Source: Promethearchaeota archaeon (lineage in GTDB: Archaea; Asgardarchaeota; Lokiarchaeia; Sigyniarchaeales; SOKP01). From it: a DNA stretch of 64,000 nt. Positions 28,961-38,487 of this stretch are shown here, piece after piece. The notes under the pieces were generated by a model. It ran no database searches, was not told where the DNA came from, and saw only the letters and a list, made by a program, of their open reading frames with translations. Positions within the stretch are counted from its first letter, which is position 1, and each line of letters opens with the position of its first letter. Where the stretch lies: the NCBI GenBank assembly GCA_016839585.1, contig JAEOTZ010000023.1, positions 1 to 64,000 of the forward strand, read 5' to 3'. Both the position numbers and the translations under genes were made by a program.

Positions 28961-29033
28961 TGATGTTGATGAAATAAGCTAAAACACCATTTAGTGGTTG
29001 CTTATTGAGAGTTCCACGCGCGATGTGGCATCA
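28961..29033 (+). promoter_or_regulatory. SECIS element (eukaryote-like, 3' UTR) of selD copy 2
   Basis: TGATG/CATCA, ATGA...TGAG, ATAAGC/GCTTAT, AAAA, ACCA/TGGT, extra CCAC...GCGA...GTGG hairpin. Confidence 0.9.
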
Positions 29034-29045
29034 AATTTAGAATAA

Positions 29046-29864
29046 TTATCTTTCTTTTATTTTTCCTTTAAGTTTTATAACTATTTCTCTTATTTCATTT
29101 AAGACTTTATCAACCAATTCTTCTCCGTTTTTTATATTAAAAGCAGTTATAGAAACCTCAACTTCTACTGATAAACCAATTCTTGGATGTGTTTTAATCC
29201 AAAGTTGAGGAAATTTATCTTCTAATTCACTTGTATAAGCTGCAATATGACTTTCTCCAATTCCAGAAAAACGAAAACCTTTTTCTATAAATTTACCTTT
29301 CTTCTGTTTCAAAATGGGGATTATTACATTCCTAAATATTGCTTTCATTTCCGCAGGTACGCCAGGCAATATAAAAATAGTTGTATTTCCTTCAATAATC
29401 TTAACACCAGGAGCTGTACCTACAGTGTTAGGTAAAGGAGTGGATCCTTGAGGGAGAAAAGCCATTTTTTCCCTCTCTTTCGTCATCCCTTCAAGTTTTA
29501 ACAGTCCTTTTTCATAAGCACGCTCATAAGTTTTCTTGATAGCTTTATATGCATGTTGATTTAACTCTAATTCTCTATTTAAACCTTTTGCGATTCCAGT
29601 TAAAGTCATATCGTCAAAAGTAGGTCCTATACCTCCTGAAGTTATAATTATATCTGGTTTACGTTTTAGAATATCTTGCAATGTACTTGATATTATATCT
29701 ACTTCATCCCCTATTGTTGTTATTCTTTTAATTTTATGACCAAACTTAGTAATTCTTTTCGCCATCCAATTAGAGTTCGTATCTTGAGTTTTTCCAATAA
29801 GGATTTCATTTCCAATCATTAGAAGTTCAATATCCATAAGTTCATCATCACACAAAAATAACAA
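29046..29864 (-). CDS. CinA-like molybdopterin-binding-fold protein (probable start at the MDIELL Met)
   Basis: IGNEILIG..QDTN, SGGIGPTFDDMT, GTAPG, LPGVP.EM. Confidence 0.9.
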   Translation of the reverse strand: MLFLCDDELMDIELLMIGNEILIGKTQDTNSNWMAKRITKFGHKIKRITTIGDEVDIISSTLQDILKRKPDIIITSGGIGPTFDDMTLTGIAKGLNRELELNQHAYKAIKKTYERAYEKGLLKLEGMTKEREKMAFLPQGSTPLPNTVGTAPGVKIIEGNTTIFILPGVPAEMKAIFRNVIIPILKQKKGKFIEKGFRFSGIGESHIAAYTSELEDKFPQLWIKTHPRIGLSVEVEVSITAFNIKNGEELVDKVLNEIREIVIKLKGKIKER

Positions 29865-29979
29865 TCTAAGTTAGTAAAATTAAATACTCAATTTCAAATT
29901 ATCATTCTTCTAAGTTTAATTTAAAAAATTTGATATTCTATAAATCTTTTATACAATTAAATAAAAGATACTGAAAATT

Positions 29980-30516
29980 TTGATAGAAATTGATGACGCA
30001 GGAACGGGGGATCTTGTAGGAGATGCATTTATTGGCCTCCTAAGAAAAGAGACCGGGAAATTAATTTTTAGAACCTTACCGGTTGAGCTATTTAAGGGAG
30101 ATAATTGGAAAAACAAACTACCTTTTAAAATTGTAGTTGACTTAGTTAAAGAGGGGCTGAAAGAATTAAATTTCAATAAAAACAGTGAAATGATAAAAAT
30201 TTGTAGGGGAAATATTTTTAATCAAGTAAGAGCTTATTTTATAGAAGAGGGAATAAATTATGAAAATTCTATAGTAGAAGGAAAATTACAGGATGCTGTA
30301 GAAAACAAATTAATTACTCATCTTAGAGAAGACTTAGGAGTTAGATCTAGAAATCTGACAACTAAAAGTGGAGCAAAAAGATTTTTTATTTTATTTAATT
30401 GGGTTTGTTATGATTTTTTCAATAGAGAAAAATATGTAAAGTCAGGTTTTAAGAAATGGAATACAGTCTGGAGAGATCGAGCTATTGAAAAAAATAAAAA
30501 AATAAAAAATTCATAA
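29980..30516 (+). CDS. RNase H-like fold hypothetical protein
   Basis: IEIDDAGTGDLVG resembles the RNase HII N-terminal acidic motif. Confidence 0.6.
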   Translation: MIEIDDAGTGDLVGDAFIGLLRKETGKLIFRTLPVELFKGDNWKNKLPFKIVVDLVKEGLKELNFNKNSEMIKICRGNIFNQVRAYFIEEGINYENSIVEGKLQDAVENKLITHLREDLGVRSRNLTTKSGAKRFFILFNWVCYDFFNREKYVKSGFKKWNTVWRDRAIEKNKKIKNS

Positions 30517-30699
30517 TATAGTATTAGCTCTAAATCGAAGGATAATTATTGAATTTAAGGACTATCACTTTTTAAGAATCAATAGCTTTTCTATAATAAT
30601 ATTTAAATACTGGGGTTTAATAATTAATAGTGATCAATAATTATCAGTTGATATTAGAAATCATTAAAGAAAAAATAAAGTGGTGAATCTCCAATTAGC

Positions 30700-33027
30700 A
30701 TGCGAAATATTGGGTCTCCTCCTTCTAAAAAAAAATTTATCGGAGCTTTAACATTATTAGCTCTTGGTTTTGCTTTGATACCGACCGGTTTTCTGCTTAA
30801 TGATTTTATTCAAACTGAAATTGATAAAGGTATTGCTGATGAAATTCGAATACCTGAACTGGATGACTCAGGTTATGATGAATGGATATCAAATGATTAT
30901 CCAAGTGCCATTCCTATGTACAGAAAATTTTATATGTGGAATTTAACTAATCCTATTGAGTTTCTTATGGGAAAGAAACCAGAGCTTGAAGAGATTGGTC
31001 CTTATACTTTCCGGGAATATACAACAAAATATAATGTGAGTTTTAGTGCCAATATGGATGAGGTAACCTATAAACAATACCCAACATATATATTTCAGCC
31101 TGATATGTCTGCTCCCTTATGCTCTCTGGATGATAATATTATAAACATAAATCCTGCCTATTTAGGAGTTCTGGAATTAGCAGGAAATGAGGAAAATCTA
31201 ATTAAAGCCATGTTTCCAACTGTTCTTTCAGAAGTGAAAACCCTATTTGGAGAAGAATTAAATGTAACTCTAGGAGAACTTTTGACTAATGAAGGAATTT
31301 ATAACATGCTCGTAGGGGCTTTGTATGACATACTTAGCGATTTATTTTCTGGACTTCTTGGTGATGGGGCGATAAACCTAACTGCTACATGGATAGTTGA
31401 TTTTCTTACTACATACATCGTACCGTTAGAAGATCTGGTGGAATTTATGGATGATGCGATGCCTAGTGCTGAAGCAATTTTCTTTGCGGAATGGGCAATT
31501 GATTATTTTCCTGAAGTTCAAGTGGATTTATCTATTTTATTTGGACATATATTAGAAGTAATAAGCGATCTTGTTGATTTTATTATTGATCTCATTTTCT
31601 TTTGGGATGTTTTACACTTATTTGATGCTATTAAGGATGCTCTACATGAAGAACTTATGAATATGTTTGAAGAGTTGTTTACTGAATCTCCAGTAGCAGA
31701 ATTAATTGGAGGACTCTTTGCGGATTTGATCCGAAGTCTAGGCGCTAAAATGGTTGATGAGGAAGGTAGCGAGACGGGTGAAGGGGTTGATATTGATGGT
31801 CGAGAACCCTATAATTTTCCAGGTCCAAGTTCTGATCTAAATATCATTAATCGTAGTGAAGCCGGTGAATCTGGAATCACTCAGGAGCAATGTCAAGCTC
31901 TTTGGGATCAGAACAACCCAAACTCACTTCTTGGTATGGATGTACAGGTTAATCCGATATGGTTTGAAGCATTAGCAGGAATTGAAGAAAGTAAAATATT
32001 CTTAATGAATGCATTTTATTTAAATGAAACTCAACTAGATTTAATTTTGAATTGGATTGATACTAGTTTAACTGGATGGCAAAAAAATATTTGTGAATAT
32101 TCGATAAAAGATTGGAATAGCGGTTTACTTACTACTCGTACTGTCGAAGAATGGCTCTTCACAGCTGTTGACAATTTAGTAAATGAACAAAACCCTGCAA
32201 AAGCAAAAGTAGGGTTTTTTGACAATTGCTTTTCTGAAACTGAAGCGGAAGCTGAGGATATGAAAAGTTTTACCGTAAATACAGGTAAAAATGATATTAA
32301 TAAAGTCTGTGAGATTGTTAAATATGATGGTAAGGAAAATATTACTGTTTGGGAAGAAGAAGAAATTGTTCAAGGTACAGCGGGTACTCAATTCGCACCG
32401 GGGGTTTCTAAAAATAACCCTCTTTATGTCTTCATAACTGATTTATTAAGAGCAGTAGAGATTATCTATACTGAAACTACTAGTATTTATGATATTGAAT
32501 TATATAGGTTTGAAATATCGGAAGAGACCTTTAAAGTTAACCCAAAATACTACCAATCCATTGAAGGGTTAGCTAATATGACAGTAGATCAAGGAATTCC
32601 TGCTTTCTTAAGTAAACCTCATTTTCTTGATGCAAGTAGCTATCTGAAAGATTCTGTGACTGGTTTAGATCCCAATAAGGCAGAACATGACACTTATCTT
32701 GATATTGAGCCTTTAACGGGCGCTGCAATGAATGCAGCTGAAAGAATACAGATTAATTTTCTGGTTAATCAAACTGATAAATGGTATATAAACTGCTGGG
32801 AAGGCATGATGCCTATTGTTTGGCTTGAATTTGGTGGACAAATAACAGAAAATCTAGCAAATAAATTCAAAAATTTGGTTTATACCGCTCAAAATCTAAG
32901 TGAAAATCTGTTCTATGGATGTATTAGTATTGGGGCTACCCTGATTATTCCTGGTGTGATTTTTACAACAACACAGAATAGAAAGCGATTAAACGTTAAA
33001 AAACAAAAATTATCACAAAGCGTTTAA
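30700..33027 (+). CDS. CD36/LIMP-2 (scavenger receptor class B)-like membrane protein with large helical insert
   Basis: N- and C-terminal TM; FYMWNLTNP, EEIGPYTFRE, GTAGTQFAP, SKPHF, HDTYLDIEPLTG, RIQIN. Confidence 0.88.
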   Translation: MRNIGSPPSKKKFIGALTLLALGFALIPTGFLLNDFIQTEIDKGIADEIRIPELDDSGYDEWISNDYPSAIPMYRKFYMWNLTNPIEFLMGKKPELEEIGPYTFREYTTKYNVSFSANMDEVTYKQYPTYIFQPDMSAPLCSLDDNIININPAYLGVLELAGNEENLIKAMFPTVLSEVKTLFGEELNVTLGELLTNEGIYNMLVGALYDILSDLFSGLLGDGAINLTATWIVDFLTTYIVPLEDLVEFMDDAMPSAEAIFFAEWAIDYFPEVQVDLSILFGHILEVISDLVDFIIDLIFFWDVLHLFDAIKDALHEELMNMFEELFTESPVAELIGGLFADLIRSLGAKMVDEEGSETGEGVDIDGREPYNFPGPSSDLNIINRSEAGESGITQEQCQALWDQNNPNSLLGMDVQVNPIWFEALAGIEESKIFLMNAFYLNETQLDLILNWIDTSLTGWQKNICEYSIKDWNSGLLTTRTVEEWLFTAVDNLVNEQNPAKAKVGFFDNCFSETEAEAEDMKSFTVNTGKNDINKVCEIVKYDGKENITVWEEEEIVQGTAGTQFAPGVSKNNPLYVFITDLLRAVEIIYTETTSIYDIELYRFEISEETFKVNPKYYQSIEGLANMTVDQGIPAFLSKPHFLDASSYLKDSVTGLDPNKAEHDTYLDIEPLTGAAMNAAERIQINFLVNQTDKWYINCWEGMMPIVWLEFGGQITENLANKFKNLVYTAQNLSENLFYGCISIGATLIIPGVIFTTTQNRKRLNVKKQKLSQSV

Positions 33028-33120
33028 TCATATTTATATTCCATCTATCAAAGATTAATATATAAATGTTGCTTTTGAAAGTTAATGAATTATAACTGAA
33101 CAATTCTTAATAGGTGTATA

Positions 33121-33822
33121 ATTCTTACGGTTAATAAAAAAAATACTATTGATCATGAATTTGTAATTTTAGAGAGTATTAGGGATAACCCTGGAGGAGT
33201 TACAGCTTCAGATATAGCTAAAATTACAAAATTCTCAAGAAATACTGTTTCTAAATATGTTCGCAGCCTTGAGGTTACAAATCAAATATTTAGTAAAAAA
33301 GTTGGTGCTTATAAATTATATTTTGCCGTGGAAAAGAGGTATATTCCATTCGAAACTGCTATTTCATACTACAAAGCACTTTTATCAAAAATTAAAAAAC
33401 ACTTCCCAGATACAGAGGAAATAGCAAAAAAAATCGGAAGAGAGGCTGTTAAAGATATAAAATTTACATTTGGACCCAGCATTTATAAACAATTAAAAAG
33501 CATAAAAGATCATCCCATTTCAAGAATACACTTAGAAAGTTTCAAAAGTTATTACTCTGCTTATGATATTTTTCAACCCAATATCGATATTTCCATTTTA
33601 AAAATAGATCCAGAAGGTAAAAAAGCAACTTATAGATTTAAAAATTCTGTCTTTTTAGAAAATTCTGATGAGTTTATATATCATCTTTATATTATGTGTG
33701 GGATTAGTGAAGGAATACTTAATAGAGTATTAAAAACAGAAGTATCATGTGAAATTGAGCAAATTTTTATTTCTGATAATAAAGAGGACTCTTTTTTTGA
33801 TCTAAAAATTAAAATAAAATAA
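33121..33822 (+). CDS. Winged-helix + V4R-like protein (frame open from 33100; probable ATT/ATA start, ORF track starts at 33328)
   Basis: Upstream in-frame GVTASDIAKITKFSRNTVSKYVRSLE...KKVGAYKLY HTH; AGGTG at 33112-33116; V4R-like CGISEG in the C-terminal part. Confidence 0.8.
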   Translation: MLTVNKKNTIDHEFVILESIRDNPGGVTASDIAKITKFSRNTVSKYVRSLEVTNQIFSKKVGAYKLYFAVEKRYIPFETAISYYKALLSKIKKHFPDTEEIAKKIGREAVKDIKFTFGPSIYKQLKSIKDHPISRIHLESFKSYYSAYDIFQPNIDISILKIDPEGKKATYRFKNSVFLENSDEFIYHLYIMCGISEGILNRVLKTEVSCEIEQIFISDNKEDSFFDLKIKIK

Positions 33823-33834
33823 ATTTTCAGCAAG

Positions 33835-33936
33835 ATGAAAATTGTTATATTTGCCCCTCACCCTGATGATGAAATTTATGGTTGTAGTGGGAGTATATTA
33901 AAATGGATGGAAGAGGGTAAATATTATAATATTTAA
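33835..33936 (+). pseudogene. PIG-L family deacetylase N-terminal remnant
   Basis: MKIVIFAPHPDDEIYGCSGSILKWMEEG then stop after 33 aa. Confidence 0.8.
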
Positions 33937-33953
33937 TTAGACGATATTTATTA

Positions 33954-34634
33954 TTACTTTATAGTTGTACCACAATCTGGACAAATTTTTGTTTTAGCAG
34001 GTAATTCAGCACCGCATGCAAAGCAAATTACTTTATTATTATCTTTAGGTTGTTCAAGTTCAATTTTGCCTTGATTTTGAGTTTGGCCATTTTCTCCTTT
34101 TTTTGGTGTAAAAATACTCATATCTATATCCTTTTTTAATACTTTTTTCACATAGTTATTATCATGGGGAGTAATTATTTCAAAATCCTTTTTAGGTTGA
34201 ATTTCCTTAAACCCATCAGGTAAATTCTTGAGTTCAGAATCCTCTACAAATTTCACATCTTTTACTTCAATTACTTTACTTACTTCCTCGCCATCAGTTA
34301 AAAAATCTTCACTATAAGATTCTTCAGAACTTATAGCATCAATTATTTCTTGATCTGGAGTCTCCTCTACTTTAGGTTCAATCTCTTCACCTGATAAATC
34401 CTCTATGATTTTTCCTGATTTTAGATTTTTTATGTGTTGAACTAGTCCTTCAGTTTTCTTGATAAGCATATTTTTAAAAGAAAAATCTAAATTTCGGGAT
34501 TTTGAAAATCGGAGAATCATTTCAGATATCTCTACCCATAATTTTATAGCTGCAGTTATCTCATTACTTTTTTCAAGACTCTTTGCTATTGCTATTTTAG
34601 TGCCGAGCTCTTTATTAAATTTCGCAATATCCAT
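33954..34634 (-). CDS. MIT-like domain + acidic linker + C-terminal Zn ribbon protein
   Basis: Three-helix N-terminus (AKSLEK...AAIKLW...LVQHIKNLK); CFACG...CPDCG. Confidence 0.65.
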   Translation of the reverse strand: MDIAKFNKELGTKIAIAKSLEKSNEITAAIKLWVEISEMILRFSKSRNLDFSFKNMLIKKTEGLVQHIKNLKSGKIIEDLSGEEIEPKVEETPDQEIIDAISSEESYSEDFLTDGEEVSKVIEVKDVKFVEDSELKNLPDGFKEIQPKKDFEIITPHDNNYVKKVLKKDIDMSIFTPKKGENGQTQNQGKIELEQPKDNNKVICFACGAELPAKTKICPDCGTTIK

Positions 34635-34789
34635 TATGGAATCTCTCTTTTATTCTATAAAATGCAAAATTAACAAATAAATTCTTCCTATTAAATTTTT
34701 ATCTGATTATACAAAAATTCAAATTTAAAATCCCTATTAGATTATTAAGAATGCTTTCTATCTATACTAAAATGTCTATATACTATTAA

Positions 34790-36685
34790 TTGATCATGTC
34801 AATAAGTCCATTTTCTTCCAATGAAATACAAAATTTAATGGAATTTATTCAAAAAAATGGATGGAATATAGAAGGAATTATTGAAAACTTCTTCCGATAC
34901 AGTATAAAGAAAAAGAAATTAGTTTTATTTACGATAAAATTTCCAGTCACTTTACCCTTAAGGATTAATGTTCCGTTTGAAATTGTTAGTTTTCGTATTT
35001 CTCTTGCGTTCCAATTATGGCATTTAAACCAACATATCTATAACACAATTCTTTATTTAATGAAAACATTAAGGAATTTAGCGTTATCCTTGACTATGGA
35101 ACATAAATTTCCAATTGAGGGAAAACAACAACAGGTTATAGATTTATTAAATTTAATTTTACCTGAAATAATAAACAATGAAAATGAAAATACATGGTTA
35201 AACCGAATTCGGATCTCATTAATGAATAAAAGAGATCAATTAAAAGATTATATACCTGAGAAACTTAAGAGTTTAGTTGAAGTTTTAAGAAATTCAGGAT
35301 TAGAACCTACTTTCAAGCAGCCCTGGGAATTAAGAAAGGGTGTTCCTAAAATTAGAACCTCTGAGACTTTATTTTTTTCAAATGAAGAAGATTTTAATGA
35401 ATTTTTTATATTGGAAAAGGGATATTATACTTATTTCAAAGATATTGCATATAATAAATTCTATATAAGAAGCGCATTTGATAGTTACACACCTTATATT
35501 TTAAATGATTTATTTAATGATATTCCTGATTTCAAATTAGAATTGTTTATAGAAAATTGGATCAAATTTTCTAGAATAATTCTTAATTCTATATTAGAAA
35601 TTCTTTCACAAGGAAATATAAATCAACATGAATTTATACAATTCAGGCCTGAGAAAGAATTAATTGATAATATTGAAAATTTTATTTCAGAAAAGAACAA
35701 TTTTCCATTTTCTGCGTTACGCTATGAAAGTTTTATAGCAAAAGAGGTATTTCCTATTCATACTGACTTATTAAATAAACCTCCTACTAATTTTGAAGTA
35801 ATAGAAACCATGAATCATTATACAGCAGCTGAGGAATTAATAAAAAACTATCGATTTGAAGAAGCTACTAACATTTTCAATGAATCTCTTAAAGTTTTTA
35901 ATAAAAATCAACAAAAAAAGATTGTTGTTTCAATCTTGTTGAAATTAAGAAATATAGCAATTCTATTAGATCAACGAGATGCAGCTCTCAATTATTTACA
36001 AAATGCTTTTGGAGTTGCTAAATCAGGAGAAGTTCCTATAGAATATATAATTAAAATCCATTATAAATTAGGAAAAACACATTATAGAAGGAAAGATTTT
36101 GAAAAATCTTTAAATCATTTTAAAATTATAACTAATTTCTTGAAAAGCGAAGATGTTACTCTAAATAAAGAAGAATATATAGGTATGGCCTATCTTTATA
36201 TTGGATTAATTAATTCAGAGCAAAATAATATCGTTGAATCCAAAACCAATTTTAAAAAAGTAATAGAATTGAGTAAAAATTCAAATAAAATTAAATTAAA
36301 ATATTACCTCCTTCGTGCAATTCAATTAAAGAACAGAGGAAATTTATCTCAAGCTCAAAAATTATTGAATGTCGCTATTAACGATGTTGGATTTGATTTT
36401 GGCGATGATAGTTATCGGAATATTTTAATGGATCTAATTCTTGAATTAGCTGAATTTTATATTCATTATAGAAAAGATTCAAAAAAAGCATTCTATTTGT
36501 TGAATAAAATGCAGAATCATCTTTCTTTTAAGGAAGTAAACAATATACGTAGATCAGTTCGCTGGAACTTGTTAATGAGCGATTATTATAATATTATTGC
36601 TAGGGACAGTAAAAATTCTCAATTTTATTTAAAACAGAGCCAGAAACTTAAAGCTCAATTAAGAACAATAGGAATAATAGAATAA
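34790..36685 (+). CDS. TPR-repeat protein
   Basis: C-terminal TPR helices (YKLGKTHY..KDFEKSLNHF, AYLYIGLI). Confidence 0.8.
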   Translation: MIMSISPFSSNEIQNLMEFIQKNGWNIEGIIENFFRYSIKKKKLVLFTIKFPVTLPLRINVPFEIVSFRISLAFQLWHLNQHIYNTILYLMKTLRNLALSLTMEHKFPIEGKQQQVIDLLNLILPEIINNENENTWLNRIRISLMNKRDQLKDYIPEKLKSLVEVLRNSGLEPTFKQPWELRKGVPKIRTSETLFFSNEEDFNEFFILEKGYYTYFKDIAYNKFYIRSAFDSYTPYILNDLFNDIPDFKLELFIENWIKFSRIILNSILEILSQGNINQHEFIQFRPEKELIDNIENFISEKNNFPFSALRYESFIAKEVFPIHTDLLNKPPTNFEVIETMNHYTAAEELIKNYRFEEATNIFNESLKVFNKNQQKKIVVSILLKLRNIAILLDQRDAALNYLQNAFGVAKSGEVPIEYIIKIHYKLGKTHYRRKDFEKSLNHFKIITNFLKSEDVTLNKEEYIGMAYLYIGLINSEQNNIVESKTNFKKVIELSKNSNKIKLKYYLLRAIQLKNRGNLSQAQKLLNVAINDVGFDFGDDSYRNILMDLILELAEFYIHYRKDSKKAFYLLNKMQNHLSFKEVNNIRRSVRWNLLMSDYYNIIARDSKNSQFYLKQSQKLKAQLRTIGIIE

Positions 36686-36697
36686 TAAAAAGAGAAA

Positions 36698-36904
36698 TTA
36701 CTTACGCTTGTAGGAGGCACGTTTTGCGCCAAGACTATCTTGTTGACCCCCAAAACGGCCATTTATAAATCTAGCAGCATATAACTCTCTAAATCGCATC
36801 CTTGGAGGTTTCTTCTTTTTTGCATTTACTCCTGATCGCTCAATTTTCGGAGTCTGCATCTTAACTTTTCCCGCTTTTGTTAATGAACCATGAGAACCCG
36901 GCAT
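36698..36904 (-). CDS. rps30e: 30S ribosomal protein S30e
   Basis: SHGSLTKAGKVKMQTPKI. Confidence 0.95.
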   Translation of the reverse strand: MPGSHGSLTKAGKVKMQTPKIERSGVNAKKKKPPRMRFRELYAARFINGRFGGQQDSLGAKRASYKRK

Positions 36905-37092
36905 TATTATTAAACTCCTTATTTTAAGTTTTATATGATTTATACTATAATATTATCAATTAATTAAAACTCTTAAATTTTGTCATTTTTAATAAAAAAT
37001 CTAAAGATCGGACTCCAAATTCTTTATTATTTCATCTAAAATTTAATATTTGTAATAAAATTCTATTTTAAATTAAAAATTGGGAAACGTCT

Positions 37093-37254
37093 ATGTCATA
37101 TAATGAAAAAAAACAAGAAAATAGTACTTCAGAAAATAAAATAGAAAAAATTTTATATGGTGTTAATGATAATGTTTGTTTTGCATGCGGAGAAAAGATT
37201 AAACGTAACACTATGGTATGTCCTTATTGTAAAACTAAAATTAAATTAGGATGA
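37093..37254 (+). CDS. Small Zn-ribbon protein (53 aa; below ORF-track cutoff)
   Basis: MSYNEKKQ...VCFACGEKIKRNTMVCPYCKTKIKLG. Confidence 0.75.
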   Translation: MSYNEKKQENSTSENKIEKILYGVNDNVCFACGEKIKRNTMVCPYCKTKIKLG

Positions 37255-37270
37255 AACTAAATAAAATATT

Positions 37271-37765
37271 ATGACCCATCGAAATATTCGAAGAAAGCAA
37301 CTTATTAGTATATGGGTTTTGGTTATTGTCATATTTACTATTTTATCCGTTGTTTTATCGCTTGTACTTGATTCATATATATGGTGGATCTTAATACCGA
37401 TTGCATTTCTTTTAATTGCTACATTTCAAGCTATGTCTCACTTTTTTTGGATCGCTGAAAAAACTTGCCCTAGATGTAATGTTCCAACAAGTATATATTC
37501 AGAATTCTGCAGAAATTGCGGGTTAAAATTGTTACATAGATGTCCTTCATGTAGGAAATACTTAAGCACTGAAAGGCAATTCTGTGATAGTTGTGGGTAT
37601 GAGTTTAAATATATTGAGGAAGAAAAGGAACCTTTTAAATATGAAGTACTAGAAGAGGGTACTCCTGCTCCACAAAAGCCAAACTTTTGTACTACTTGCG
37701 GTGCTAGAATAAAAAGCGAAGAAGAAATTAAATATTGTGAAATGTGTGGAGCAAAAATCGAATAA
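37271..37765 (+). CDS. Membrane-anchored multi-Zn-ribbon (DZR) protein
   Basis: 2 TM then CPRC/CRNC, CPSC/CDSC, CTTC/CEMC. Confidence 0.85.
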   Translation: MTHRNIRRKQLISIWVLVIVIFTILSVVLSLVLDSYIWWILIPIAFLLIATFQAMSHFFWIAEKTCPRCNVPTSIYSEFCRNCGLKLLHRCPSCRKYLSTERQFCDSCGYEFKYIEEEKEPFKYEVLEEGTPAPQKPNFCTTCGARIKSEEEIKYCEMCGAKIE

Positions 37766-37780
37766 GTATCTATCTTTTAC

Positions 37781-38350
37781 TTAAGTTTTTTTATTCCTAA
37801 ATAAAAATGATAATCCAATCCATAAAAATAGATAAACTAGATAATTTCTTATAAATACTGATAAATCTTCTCCATAATATGCTAATTTTAGGAAATATAC
37901 AGAAAATAACCAAATTGTATTCAAAAGAATAATAAAAGGCGCAAATTTCTGCCTTAATGTTTCTTTCTTTTTCCAAATTAAATAAATACTAAGTAATAAA
38001 GGTATTAGATGTATATAATCATAGAAAAGAAAGATAAAAAAAAATTCATATGATACAATTATTCCTAATGGGGCTAATGAATATACTAAGAAATTATTTA
38101 AATACGGATTGTCATGATAAATCAGCCATGCTATTGAAAGAGAGAAGTACCATTGACTTATTGTAAAAATCACTATATTAACTCCCTCATCTCCATGTTG
38201 CCTAACTCCATGCTGAAATGTGTCTAATGGTTGCCACCAATAAGGTATTAAAAATTGAAATAGTAAAGATATTATGGTGGCAATCGCAACTTGAATTAAT
38301 GTTATAGACTCTAAGCTTAAATTATTGAGCTTAATTGGAAACTTTAGCAT
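37781..38350 (-). CDS. Hypothetical polytopic membrane protein
   Basis: About 6 hydrophobic segments. Confidence 0.7.
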   Translation of the reverse strand: MLKFPIKLNNLSLESITLIQVAIATIISLLFQFLIPYWWQPLDTFQHGVRQHGDEGVNIVIFTISQWYFSLSIAWLIYHDNPYLNNFLVYSLAPLGIIVSYEFFFIFLFYDYIHLIPLLLSIYLIWKKKETLRQKFAPFIILLNTIWLFSVYFLKLAYYGEDLSVFIRNYLVYLFLWIGLSFLFRNKKT

Positions 38351-38487
38351 TTAGTCTTTAAATTTTTGAGTTTATATTACTCTTACTAATTAATAGATAT
38401 ATTTTAAAATCCTTTAGTACCAAATTTTCCCGGTGTAAGGTTATAAGGAGGAGATTCATATCCACAAGCAGAACATAATCGTTTTCT

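Noticed and set aside
33085-33099. ATG-AAT-TAT-AAC-TGA in frame with the wHTH-V4R gene as possible Sec readthrough
   Set aside because: No redox motif, no SECIS seen downstream, and the SD-like AGGTG lies after the TGA.
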